Part shown: piece after piece, positions 29,451-38,971 of the stretch | How positions within the stretch are numbered: the stretch's first letter is position 1 | Layout of the letters: every line of letters starts with the position of its first letter | Source: a virus | Taxonomy: Duplodnaviria; Heunggongvirae; Uroviricota; Caudoviricetes | Direction: 5' to 3' (one strand) | DNA length: 53,102 nt | IMG/VR virus record: IMGVR_UViG_3300032330_001391 | Coordinates: 1 to 53,102 of that record | The notes under the pieces: model-generated | Database searches by the model: none | What the model was told of the DNA's origin: nothing | What the model saw: the letters and a program-made list of their open reading frames with translations, nothing else | Position numbers and translations under genes: made by a program

Positions 29451-30632
29451 TTATTTAACAATGTATGTTACTAAATTTTTATCTAACATCATTACTTTAA
29501 ATTTGTTAGGATTATTATTATAGATTGATTTAACCATATTATAACAAATATCAGAAGTGAATATTTGCTCATTTACAATTTTAGAAATTCTATCAATAAT
29601 ATTTTTCTCTACAGAATTAGTTTTTGAATATAAATCTAAATAATTAACAATACGTGTAGATAGAGTTGAAGCAATGTCTGCTCTATATTTAGTATCTTTA
29701 CCTACTAAAGATTTTAAAGTATTAGTAACGTATTTTTCATCTTGTTCAAAAATATTTTGTGGAGAAATCATTTTATCTAGTTTATTATTAATAAACATTG
29801 TAAATAAACTACTAAATTCTTGACCTACACTACCTTCTCCAATCATTTGAATTAATGGTAATTGTTCTTCAAATGTTTTAATAGAAGAAATACTATTAAA
29901 AAACATCGATACACTTCTACTATTAACTTCTTTTGTGACTAATTCAGGATGCATAAGTAAGAAATTAATACATCGACCATCAATATGACTTTCTTCAGCC
30001 CATTTAGCCCAACAATCAATATCGAATTTTAATTGTACTGAAATAAAACGTGTTTTTTGAGCGTTGTCAATACTATTTACTAAATAATCTCCATTATCAG
30101 GATTAGCGGTTAATATGATATGCCAATCTTTAGGTAATGTCCAACTAATATATTGTTGACGATCAATTAATTCCATTATAGCTTGAATAAACCTTACATC
30201 AGCACGATTCCAGTCATCTAATAATAAAATTCCACCTTTTTCTTTATTAGCGATCCATTCTGGTGGGCAATAACTCATTCTATTATTACCGGTTGATTTG
30301 TAACCTAATTTATGGTACTCATCAAATGCATGTTCATCAACCCAAATTTTTTCATCAGCTGTTTCTACTTCAAATTGGCGAATAGGAAAACCAACTAAGT
30401 CACCAATTTCTTCAATTTGAGCTAAATTTAATTTAACAAAATGTAAATTTTCTTCTTTAGCTAATTGAATAATTTGAGAAGTTTTACCAATACCTGATTC
30501 ACCAATTACTTCAATACTTACTGGTGGTTTGCTTTGTTCTTGTAAAAAGCGATTATTCTCAATAATGTGTTTGAGAAATGTTTTTAATTCGTTTGGATTA
30601 ACATAAACCAAATCTTTTGATTTCTTTGCCAT
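29451..30632 (-). CDS. MoxR-like AAA+ ATPase
   Basis: GESGIGKT Walker A, LLLDDWNR Walker B, LTANP and TRF motifs. Start moved to MAKKSK downstream of the promoter. Confidence 0.85.
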   Translation of the reverse strand: MAKKSKDLVYVNPNELKTFLKHIIENNRFLQEQSKPPVSIEVIGESGIGKTSQIIQLAKEENLHFVKLNLAQIEEIGDLVGFPIRQFEVETADEKIWVDEHAFDEYHKLGYKSTGNNRMSYCPPEWIANKEKGGILLLDDWNRADVRFIQAIMELIDRQQYISWTLPKDWHIILTANPDNGDYLVNSIDNAQKTRFISVQLKFDIDCWAKWAEESHIDGRCINFLLMHPELVTKEVNSRSVSMFFNSISSIKTFEEQLPLIQMIGEGSVGQEFSSLFTMFINNKLDKMISPQNIFEQDEKYVTNTLKSLVGKDTKYRADIASTLSTRIVNYLDLYSKTNSVEKNIIDRISKIVNEQIFTSDICYNMVKSIYNNNPNKFKVMMLDKNLVTYIVK

Positions 30633-30649
30633 ATTTTTTTTATTTTTAC

Positions 30650-30681
30650 TAAATATAAGCAAGAAATCTTTAAAAACCAAA
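30650..30681 (-). promoter_or_regulatory. Bacteroidota-type promoter
   Basis: TTTG-N20-TATATTTA. Confidence 0.65.
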
Positions 30682-30686
30682 TTTTT

Positions 30687-30950
30687 TTAAAGTTTATAAA
30701 TTTTTAAAAGTAAATTACCTGTTCCTTTGATTACTCTATGCCACATATGTTTAGGAATAGATATGGGTTTATTCATAGATGTAGGTAATTGATTATCTAA
30801 TTGTATTTGCCAATCTGTTTTTCCTAATATTTCTACTATTCGAAATTCATCATCCCTATGCCACTTCAATTCAATAGGATCTATATTTTCATTAAATTCA
30901 CGAATTATGTATTTATCTGTAACTTCTATATTTTTATATGGTGCCATCAT
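30687..30950 (-). CDS. Small cupin-like protein
   Basis: LKWHRDDE and IPKHMWHRVIKG His-containing cupin-like motifs. Confidence 0.55.
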   Translation of the reverse strand: MMAPYKNIEVTDKYIIREFNENIDPIELKWHRDDEFRIVEILGKTDWQIQLDNQLPTSMNKPISIPKHMWHRVIKGTGNLLLKIYKL

Positions 30951-30951
30951 G

Positions 30952-31608
30952 TTAGTAGTATTGCCAGTAAATATCGTTAGGACCTAATTTTATTTTATAT
31001 AAGCGTGGGTTTGTAGGATCACCGTAAAGCAATTCGGGATCTAATGATATGTATGCTCTATTATCATCACCATCATCTAGCATTATATCATCACCACTGT
31101 TCCAAAAACCATATTGTTCTATATCAGCTCTATACCATCCGTTTAATACATTACTCCAAGATGGTTCATCATCTCTTTTCCATTCAGGTGTATTCCAAAG
31201 TGCGTCTACTAAGATTTTTTTAAATGATGGATTTAACACCATATAATTAGCTAGTTGATCATTATTTTTGAATTTAGGTATAGGTTTATTAACCCGCATT
31301 TCATTTACAGGTTGTTTATCTAGTATTACTCCATAATTCAATAGAAATTCTATAAATGAATCAACATTTCCTTCCCAATAATCTTTTTCTTTGATAAATT
31401 TATATGCTTCACGTTTTCTTAATGTTTTATTATCACGTGACGCCACTTTAAACAGATAGATAGCATCAGATGTATCTTCATCAAAATCATACCTAATATC
31501 ATCCCAGTCTTGATCTAACCATTTTTCAAATTCAGGATTAAGATAATATATTTTATCATCAGGAAAATTAATCCGCATCTCATTTAATACATTTATTAAT
31601 TTTATCAT
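30952..31608 (-). CDS. Two-module protein: MIKLINVLNE leader, EMRINFP and EMRVNKP domains
   Basis: Motifs at 31562-31584 and 31283-31305. Confidence 0.75.
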   Translation of the reverse strand: MIKLINVLNEMRINFPDDKIYYLNPEFEKWLDQDWDDIRYDFDEDTSDAIYLFKVASRDNKTLRKREAYKFIKEKDYWEGNVDSFIEFLLNYGVILDKQPVNEMRVNKPIPKFKNNDQLANYMVLNPSFKKILVDALWNTPEWKRDDEPSWSNVLNGWYRADIEQYGFWNSGDDIMLDDGDDNRAYISLDPELLYGDPTNPRLYKIKLGPNDIYWQYY

Positions 31609-31620
31609 GATCGTTGATAT

Positions 31621-32274
31621 TTAATAGTTATGACAGTATAAAGTGTAATCGCCTTCTCCTATGTAAGATATTTCAATTTTTTTATAGCAAACGTTAGTAG
31701 TTATAGTAGTACCGCTTTTATCTCCAAAAATTTCAAAAAGTATTTCATTTGGTTTAAAACGAGTATAATATGATAATATATATTTTTTAGCTTCTTTTCC
31801 GTCTTCACTTAATTGATCTTCATCATTGTAAAAACTCCATTCATTTATTAAAAAATCATCTAATGAATCATAACCAAAACTTTTATAAAGTTCTTGTAGT
31901 GATGAATTACTTGTTATATAAGCTAACAAATATGGTTTTTTATCTATAAAATAATCCAAAATCTGTTCTTTAGAAAGAGATATAGGTTTATTAACTCGCA
32001 TTTCACTTAAAGCTTCAACAGGTTCATACCAGTTTGTACAGTATTCATCAGCGGCATATGGTATCTTGTTAGTGCCAGCCCATTCAGCATAATATGTGTT
32101 ATTACATACTTGATCTTCTTTATTCCACCATTTACAATTAGCACAGCATGAACCTCCTTTAGGTACTTTCATTCCAGCTTTATGACTATCTGGTAGTTCC
32201 ATAGGGCCAGGACCACCATATTCTTCTTTTAATTGTTGTTGTATTAGGTAATTAGTTATGTTGAATTGTTTCAT
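31621..32274 (-). CDS. Two-module protein: Cys-cluster (HiPIP-like) module plus EMRVNKP domain
   Basis: CCANCKWW..C..YCTNW; motif at 31985-32007. Confidence 0.7.
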   Translation of the reverse strand: MKQFNITNYLIQQQLKEEYGGPGPMELPDSHKAGMKVPKGGSCCANCKWWNKEDQVCNNTYYAEWAGTNKIPYAADEYCTNWYEPVEALSEMRVNKPISLSKEQILDYFIDKKPYLLAYITSNSSLQELYKSFGYDSLDDFLINEWSFYNDEDQLSEDGKEAKKYILSYYTRFKPNEILFEIFGDKSGTTITTNVCYKKIEISYIGEGDYTLYCHNY

Positions 32275-32278
32275 ATTT

Positions 32279-35200
32279 TTATGATTCTGTTAAATCGTTC
32301 ATGTTATATATTCTGTTATAATCTTCTTGTTTTTCAGGCATACCTGATGAAAGATATACATTGTTTCCTAACATAGAATCACCAGATATGTTATCTTTTA
32401 TGACGTTACCTTCTGCATCCATTATAACCCAAGATTCATAGTACATATTATCCTTATTAGATTTAGGAAGTAAAACATACTTTTTACCTTTATCATTAAT
32501 AATAAACGGTACAGCGAATAATAAAGTACTATATTTTGTATTTTGATTGAATTTTTCAACTAAATTAATTATTGTTTTTCGTTCAGAAGTTGATAATTTA
32601 CGCCATTGTTCTTCATCTATAGGGACTGGGTTTACTTCTTGTGTAGGCATTGCGTTTCTATTTTCTAAATCTTCACTACTTATATTAGTTCCTTCTTCAT
32701 AAATCCATGGTTCAAATAATTTAATATATAATTCATATAATTGTTTAAGTTTTGGGTCACTAATATAATCAATAGCTTCTGGTGGGAGGAAATCAAGTTC
32801 TTTAGCCATTTTATTAACGTATGTTTTAGCAGCGTCTTCACCAAAATATTTTTTAATATATTCAAAAGATAAACTATCTTTTTCAAAAATATCTAAATAT
32901 TGTTGTTTTTCTTCATCACTTAAATATTCAATAAAAGGTAAAGGTACAATGGTAGTTGATGTTTTACCTTGTTTATAGTCATCTAAAGCTCTAGTAAATC
33001 TAAATTTAGCATAACTTCGTGATAAAGCTTTACTATCTTTCAAATCGTTATATGTAGGTTTATATCCAGTACCAGTTCGTAAAGCTAAATTTTTTAATTC
33101 TGGATCTAGGATTTTAAACATAGCACTATTAAATGCATTTGGTTGATCTGCTCTATTAGCGATATATATTCTTTTTTGATTTCTGTTTAAATCTTTAAAC
33201 ATATTGAAATCTAAAATTTTATCTCTTACTAAAGCTTGATCAGTTTCTTCTTCAGATGGAGGGACATATTTAAATACATCTTTAAGATTTTTTATTTTTT
33301 CCCAAGCTTGTTTTCCACTTTCACCTCCATTTTTTATCATAAATTGTCCCACTTCATCCCAAGACATTCCTTTATCATTTCCAGTAGCTTCATGATTTGA
33401 ACCCCATTGATTTACAGTATCTGTCACTCCAAATTTACCATTTTGGAAAGCATGTATTACAAAAAAGTGATACCAATTTATAAAATTTTCTCTATTTGAT
33501 GGATTACCTTTTATATCCGCATTTTGAGTAGAATCTGCTACAAAATAAAAACTTCTAAATGCTCCACCTCGACCAAAACGATATGTGTAATATTGATTTG
33601 ATGCTTCTTCTTTTCTACCTATACAAAATCCGTAAGAATAAATTTTATTATCTTCTCCTTTATATTTAAAAGCATAATTTAATTTAATACAACCACCGTA
33701 ATCACTTCCTTCATAAATTTTAAGCCCATTATTGTTATATACTACTGGTACTCCTTTTATATCAATAAGTTCAGCATCTTGAATTGTACTAAAATCTTTT
33801 GATGATTTTTCAGCTTTTCCACCATAAGCGTCTAAAACAGTTTCTAAATCTTTCCAAGTATAATTTAAAATATCTTGTGGGTTTAAAATTTTATTAGTTT
33901 TAGGATCAGGTTCAGTAAATTTCTTAGGTACTATTATTCCTCCAGCTTCTCCTTTAAGTCCTGCTTGTATTTTTTTAGGGAGATTTTGTTTAATTTGATC
34001 AAATCTATTTAACTTTTCTTTAATATCATCTTTTGACAGAGTATTTTTCATTTCTTTTTGAAATTTTTCTGTCATTTGATTAATAATCTTTTCAGAGTAC
34101 TCATTTAATTGAGTTCTTTTTGATTCTCTTAAATCTTTAAATTCTTTTGTTTTATATACTTTATCTATTTGTATTTCTCTATCATCAAATACTATTCTAA
34201 CATTACCACCATAATGTGTATTTCCATCTATTCCAGCTCTTAATAAGAATAAAGAGGTATCTTTAGGAGGATTTTTAGATTTTTTTCCATAAAAATTTTC
34301 TATAGTATGATAAACTTTACTACCTATCATAGATGTATTTATATTAACATCCACATTATCTTTTTGGGCTTGTTTATTAATTTTATCAACTTGATATTGA
34401 GGAATAGGACCATCCCAATTTAAATAATCAGGAGTTTTATTAGGAAATAATGTAACTTTATATATATAATGCATTGATTCCTGTTCTACTTCTAGATCTT
34501 TAATAATTTCTATAAATTTACGGTAGTTATCTAATACTTCTTCTTTACTTTCAAAATCAGGTTCTTCTTCAAGAATAGAAATCATGTCTTCTGCATATTC
34601 TATATATTCTTTAGCTGTTTTTAGTCCTTGCGGTAATCCAAAAAATACTTCATTTTCATATTCTAAACCTAATTCTTCAGCAGTTTTACCTTGAAATAAT
34701 GTTTTAAACCTATGGGGTGTATTTATAGATAAAGCATATCCTTTAACCATTTCTGGATTTTTTCCGAAATATAAACCCCATCCAATTACTTGTATTCCTG
34801 TTCCCCCACCCATTCCTTCACTGTGAAATTGTCTAAAATAATTTGGTGAACCATGCCATGCCTCTTCATTTTCATTTAATGGTTTAGTTTTATCTATTTT
34901 AGAAAATGTTTTTTTAATTTCTTTATTAAATGATTCAAGAAATATTTCAGCAAAAGTTTGTTTATGCATATTTTCTTTTTTTATCGGTTTTAGTTTTTTT
35001 ATTAAATTTTCTCGTGCCCAAAATCTTTGACCAGTTTTATCATCATCTATTAAATACCAAGGAATACCATCTTTTTCAGTGTAATATCTGTTATAATCTT
35101 TAGATAAGGTTAATGTTTCATTACCTAATGATACTTTTTCTCCTGGGTAGAATTTTTTAGGCTCATTAACTCGCATTTCAACTAATGGAGCGTATTTTCT

Positions 35201-36115
35201 AATTAATGACATAGCTACCGACCTAGGTTCCCAAGAATCAGGATTGTTTCTATCTATATGAGGAGTATCCATATATGGGGGAGGGTTAGTTATAGCACTT
35301 GTCGATACTACTTTTAAGTTATTATCTTCTTGCTCTGCTTTTTTAGACCAACGTGCTACATTCCATCCAGTAAATGCAGCTATTATTTTTTCTTTAGATA
35401 AATCTATTAAATAATTTTCTGGTTCACGATATGTTAATTTTGGGATTTGTTTATAGTCATCATATGAGTGAATTTCTCCGTATGCCTTTTCATATTTGAA
35501 CGGTTCATTAACTCGCATTTCCTTAATAACATCTGTTTTTTTAAATTCTCCTATCAAATATGATTCAAAATCATTATCATCAATAACATCAGCAAGATAA
35601 AATGAGTAGCAATCATTATTATTTATAACTTCATCTACAGAATATTTTACACTTTTTGTTGTATATATTTCATCATCATAATCTATAATATCTTTTTTAA
35701 CTTGGGCAAGAGCACTTCTAAATAAACAATCTATATCTACATTTTCTTCATAGAATTTAGTTATTAATTTGTATAGATAGTTTTTTAAGTTAGGATTAAT
35801 TTCAAGATATTCTTTAATATTTTCTTCATCTATCAGATCTTCATTATTATATGATAAAAGTATTTCTTCACCATCTTTAAATATCTCATGATTATTAAAG
35901 ATCATTTGATCTATTATAAAAGATTTGAGTACATCATATTGTTCAATTAAATAATCTAAATCAATACCATCAGATTCAAATGTATCTATTACGCGTAAAA
36001 CTACATAATCTTTAATTTTAGATATTATTTCAGGAGAAATACCATAAGTAAGAGATTTGGGTTTATTAACCCTCATCTCATTTAAAAATTTATCAGTCAG
36101 TTTAAATTCTATCAT
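32279..36115 (-). CDS. 1278-aa polyvalent polyprotein with three EMRVN modules, an ART-like domain and a large C-terminal module
   Basis: Motifs at 36060, 35502 and 35160; AWHGSP..F..F..GWGLYF and GIDG..IVFDD; further PLNE and QLNE boundaries. Confidence 0.8.
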   Translation of the reverse strand: MIEFKLTDKFLNEMRVNKPKSLTYGISPEIISKIKDYVVLRVIDTFESDGIDLDYLIEQYDVLKSFIIDQMIFNNHEIFKDGEEILLSYNNEDLIDEENIKEYLEINPNLKNYLYKLITKFYEENVDIDCLFRSALAQVKKDIIDYDDEIYTTKSVKYSVDEVINNNDCYSFYLADVIDDNDFESYLIGEFKKTDVIKEMRVNEPFKYEKAYGEIHSYDDYKQIPKLTYREPENYLIDLSKEKIIAAFTGWNVARWSKKAEQEDNNLKVVSTSAITNPPPYMDTPHIDRNNPDSWEPRSVAMSLIRKYAPLVEMRVNEPKKFYPGEKVSLGNETLTLSKDYNRYYTEKDGIPWYLIDDDKTGQRFWARENLIKKLKPIKKENMHKQTFAEIFLESFNKEIKKTFSKIDKTKPLNENEEAWHGSPNYFRQFHSEGMGGGTGIQVIGWGLYFGKNPEMVKGYALSINTPHRFKTLFQGKTAEELGLEYENEVFFGLPQGLKTAKEYIEYAEDMISILEEEPDFESKEEVLDNYRKFIEIIKDLEVEQESMHYIYKVTLFPNKTPDYLNWDGPIPQYQVDKINKQAQKDNVDVNINTSMIGSKVYHTIENFYGKKSKNPPKDTSLFLLRAGIDGNTHYGGNVRIVFDDREIQIDKVYKTKEFKDLRESKRTQLNEYSEKIINQMTEKFQKEMKNTLSKDDIKEKLNRFDQIKQNLPKKIQAGLKGEAGGIIVPKKFTEPDPKTNKILNPQDILNYTWKDLETVLDAYGGKAEKSSKDFSTIQDAELIDIKGVPVVYNNNGLKIYEGSDYGGCIKLNYAFKYKGEDNKIYSYGFCIGRKEEASNQYYTYRFGRGGAFRSFYFVADSTQNADIKGNPSNRENFINWYHFFVIHAFQNGKFGVTDTVNQWGSNHEATGNDKGMSWDEVGQFMIKNGGESGKQAWEKIKNLKDVFKYVPPSEEETDQALVRDKILDFNMFKDLNRNQKRIYIANRADQPNAFNSAMFKILDPELKNLALRTGTGYKPTYNDLKDSKALSRSYAKFRFTRALDDYKQGKTSTTIVPLPFIEYLSDEEKQQYLDIFEKDSLSFEYIKKYFGEDAAKTYVNKMAKELDFLPPEAIDYISDPKLKQLYELYIKLFEPWIYEEGTNISSEDLENRNAMPTQEVNPVPIDEEQWRKLSTSERKTIINLVEKFNQNTKYSTLLFAVPFIINDKGKKYVLLPKSNKDNMYYESWVIMDAEGNVIKDNISGDSMLGNNVYLSSGMPEKQEDYNRIYNMNDLTES

Positions 36116-36479
36116 AATACTTTAAATCTTCTATATGTTTTTCTTTACTAATATTTTTCTCTCTTAGTTTCCATTGATAGATTTCATCAGCGGGAGATAA
36201 TTTTAGTACATGTCCGTTATAAATATATTCAATATATTTAGCTTGCGGATTTATAAACAAATCAAATAAAAGATTTTCGTATCTATATTTTTTTATTAAA
36301 CGGTGTTGCAATTTATCAACACCAAATAATTCATATATGTGAATACGTTTTGTTGATATAATGTCTATATCTTTAGGTTCACGATATGGGATAATTCCTT
36401 GTAATATTAAAGAAACACTTCCACCAATGTATATATCTGGATGTGTTTGTTGGAATTTAGTTAAAACATCTTTAATCAT
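36102..36479 (-). CDS. Minimal nucleotidyltransferase-fold protein
   Basis: IGGSVSL, PKDIDII and FDLF motifs. Confidence 0.6.
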   Translation of the reverse strand: MIKDVLTKFQQTHPDIYIGGSVSLILQGIIPYREPKDIDIISTKRIHIYELFGVDKLQHRLIKKYRYENLLFDLFINPQAKYIEYIYNGHVLKLSPADEIYQWKLREKNISKEKHIEDLKYYDRI

Positions 36480-37208
36480 TTAAAATACTTCCGGATTTTC
36501 TTTATAGTCTTTATAGCTTACAGTTAAGAACCCTTTATTATTAAACTCACTAAGAGTTCTTGAATAATCTTCATCCCATAGTGGTTCCTTATAACTTATA
36601 CCATCATTGTGTCTTTCTACTAAATATTCTTCTCCAACATAATATCCATAAGCTATAGTAAATTTATTTGTACCTAATTGATTATATAAAGTCACAAATG
36701 GGAGTAATACATCTTCTATATCATCTTTTATTTCTTTTAAAGACATCAATTCTTCTTTATCTGGTTCTACTATTATATGATCACCTTCTATGTATGGTAA
36801 TTCTTCTTGTGATTGCCAATAATCAGTACTATTATTAGCGTCTAAAATATATTTTAATATGCCTTGATTATCATTGTTATTATAATAGTCAACTAATGTT
36901 AATGCATCATTTTTAGTTAAAGTATCTTCAAATATGTCACTTATTGGTCCTTTCATAAATCTATATAGATCTTTAAAACCATAATACCCACCAGCTAAAT
37001 AATTAATATCTTTTTTTAATTCATTAACTACATTTTGTAATGTGTCATTATATTCACTAAATCTTCCACCCATTTCAGAATCAGAATATATAAATTCTAC
37101 TATTATATCTGCGTCAACATCTGTATAAGATTCACTAGTAGCTTTTATATACAATACGCCAGGTTCATTAACCCGCATTTCATTTAATATATCTATTAAT
37201 TTAATCAT
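36480..37208 (-). CDS. Acidic protein with MIKLIDILNEMRVNEP leader
   Basis: Motif at 37162-37184. Confidence 0.75.
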   Translation of the reverse strand: MIKLIDILNEMRVNEPGVLYIKATSESYTDVDADIIVEFIYSDSEMGGRFSEYNDTLQNVVNELKKDINYLAGGYYGFKDLYRFMKGPISDIFEDTLTKNDALTLVDYYNNNDNQGILKYILDANNSTDYWQSQEELPYIEGDHIIVEPDKEELMSLKEIKDDIEDVLLPFVTLYNQLGTNKFTIAYGYYVGEEYLVERHNDGISYKEPLWDEDYSRTLSEFNNKGFLTVSYKDYKENPEVF

Positions 37209-37210
37209 AA

Positions 37211-38674
37211 TTAAATTCTATTTCCGTCCTCATCAAAGTTTTTAACATCTGGATAATACTTTCCAGAGCTATCAAACCATCCAACATATCTATCTTCGTC
37301 TTGACCAGCATATGGGCTATATACTGTTATTTCTTGATTTTTCCTATCAATATTTACGGCAGTATAATAAGCATCGGGTGGTGCACCTAGGGCTGTACTG
37401 TAAGCAAATATGTCTTTTGTTACATGCGTTCCAGGTGATTTTTTAAGTAGATGACGTATTGCTAATAACGCTTTACTATCTTCATCTAAATCTTCATAAT
37501 CTTTTAATCTGTATGTTTCACGCGCAGGTTCATATAAATCAAAACCATAATCTGATTCTCCAAAATACTCTACTAATACCCATAATGCTTCTTCATCTTT
37601 ATTTGTTAATTGTCCTGGAATGTTAATCCGCATTTCTTTTACAGGAATACCCGCTAGTTTTTGCATGCGTTTCATTTCATCCAAACCTTCTAAACCAGTA
37701 TCATCTTTTTTAAGATCAGAGTTTATATCACGCATAGTATAAAACGCCCATCTTTTTTGCTCATTTGTTAATTCATCATTGATAGCATTTTCAACAAATG
37801 AATAAAATTCATCATAATCTGCTATTTTATACAATTCAGCTAAAAATAAATCTCTAACACGAGGATCATCAAATTCAGACTCTACCCATATTTTAGTTAT
37901 ATTATTGTATATATATTGCCCAAATCTTATATCATCTAATTCATTTTTATATGTATCAACTTGATTAGTGACTTTTTTAGCTTCTTCTCCACCTGATTCT
38001 TTACGTTTAGGAAAAGATACATTTACTCTTCCTACTCCTTCTAATTGATCACCATAACGATCAATAACTTGCAATAATTTAGCTATTTGATTTTCATCAT
38101 GATATCCACCAAATATATCATCCATAACTTGAGCATAATCATCAGTTAATTCAGGATTAATAAGATCTAAATAATCTTTGTAATTATAATGACTGAATGC
38201 TCCTCGTACTGCTCCACCTTGTGTTATACTATTTATGATACGTCTTTTTTCAGGAGAAACCTTATTATGGTAAGCTTGTTTAGATATAATCTCATATAAT
38301 CCTTTAGCTATTTCATGCATTAAAATAGGAAATACTAATCCTCGAGCGTGAATTACAATATCATGTTTTTTTAGTAATTCTGGGTCAGTTTGGTATGGTT
38401 TTCCTAATTTGGTATCTTTTCCTAATTTAGCATCTATACCTATCCCAGCATAGTCTATTACAGGATATACTTCTTTAGCTATTTGAACAGCTAAAGCTTC
38501 TAATTCATCCTTATAATCTGCTTCTGCTGCTTCTAATTTATTTACTAAACTAAACGCGTTAGCCTGCATTTGTCCAGGTGATCTTCCTTTTAAAACTTTA
38601 CTAAGAGTATCTTTAGATTTTCCTTTAAGTGTACCTAAAGTTTTAGGTGAGAATATATTTTTGTATTCAGCCAT
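37211..38674 (-). CDS. Hypothetical protein with a C-terminal RMQKLAGI-EMRINIP appended module
   Basis: LDEMKRMQKLAGIPVKEMRINIP at about 37617-37680. Confidence 0.7.
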   Translation of the reverse strand: MAEYKNIFSPKTLGTLKGKSKDTLSKVLKGRSPGQMQANAFSLVNKLEAAEADYKDELEALAVQIAKEVYPVIDYAGIGIDAKLGKDTKLGKPYQTDPELLKKHDIVIHARGLVFPILMHEIAKGLYEIISKQAYHNKVSPEKRRIINSITQGGAVRGAFSHYNYKDYLDLINPELTDDYAQVMDDIFGGYHDENQIAKLLQVIDRYGDQLEGVGRVNVSFPKRKESGGEEAKKVTNQVDTYKNELDDIRFGQYIYNNITKIWVESEFDDPRVRDLFLAELYKIADYDEFYSFVENAINDELTNEQKRWAFYTMRDINSDLKKDDTGLEGLDEMKRMQKLAGIPVKEMRINIPGQLTNKDEEALWVLVEYFGESDYGFDLYEPARETYRLKDYEDLDEDSKALLAIRHLLKKSPGTHVTKDIFAYSTALGAPPDAYYTAVNIDRKNQEITVYSPYAGQDEDRYVGWFDSSGKYYPDVKNFDEDGNRI

Positions 38675-38681
38675 GATTTTT

Positions 38682-38951
38682 TTATTTTTTAGATCTGTAT
38701 CTTTTTATTATTTTTCTTAAAATAGCATCCTTTTCATCTTCATTCACAGCTTTATCTGGTGTTTCATCTGGTGTTTCCTTTGGTGGAGTTAGAGGTCGGC
38801 GTGGACCTGGTTTTTCTATTGGGAGGCCAGGATGAACTTCTGGTTCCGTACCAGGTTGTGTAGATGGTGAAGGTTTAGGAGCTGGTTGATTTTCTCTTAA
38901 AGCTGTTTTTATTTCTTCTCTGATAATTTTTTTTAAGTCTGATTTTTTCAT
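38682..38951 (-). CDS. Pro-rich small protein with MKKSDLKKIIREEI leader
   Basis: ORF translation. Confidence 0.6.
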   Translation of the reverse strand: MKKSDLKKIIREEIKTALRENQPAPKPSPSTQPGTEPEVHPGLPIEKPGPRRPLTPPKETPDETPDKAVNEDEKDAILRKIIKRYRSKK

Positions 38952-38971
38952 TGTTTATTGATTTATATTAT

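Noticed and set aside
374-32886. Short alternative-frame minus ORFs 374-559, 11354-11608, 20253-20471 and 32680-32886
   Set aside because: Nested out of frame inside the fibre, capsid, 20086 and polyprotein genes; 374-559 simply reflects the 42-bp repeat.
21314-37639. EMRVN DNA repeat as an integron attC site or CRISPR repeat
   Set aside because: GTTAAT does not fit GTTRRRY; there is no palindromic attC, no integrase or cas gene; spacing is irregular and in frame; Arg codons vary synonymously (CGA/CGG/AGA/AGG), which favours protein-level selection.
38280-38370. LMHEIAKGLYE in ORF 37211 as a metalloprotease site, and a possible segment transposition within this gene
   Set aside because: HExxK lacks the second His. 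The suspected rearrangement rests only on my recollection of homologues and cannot be supported without an alignment.
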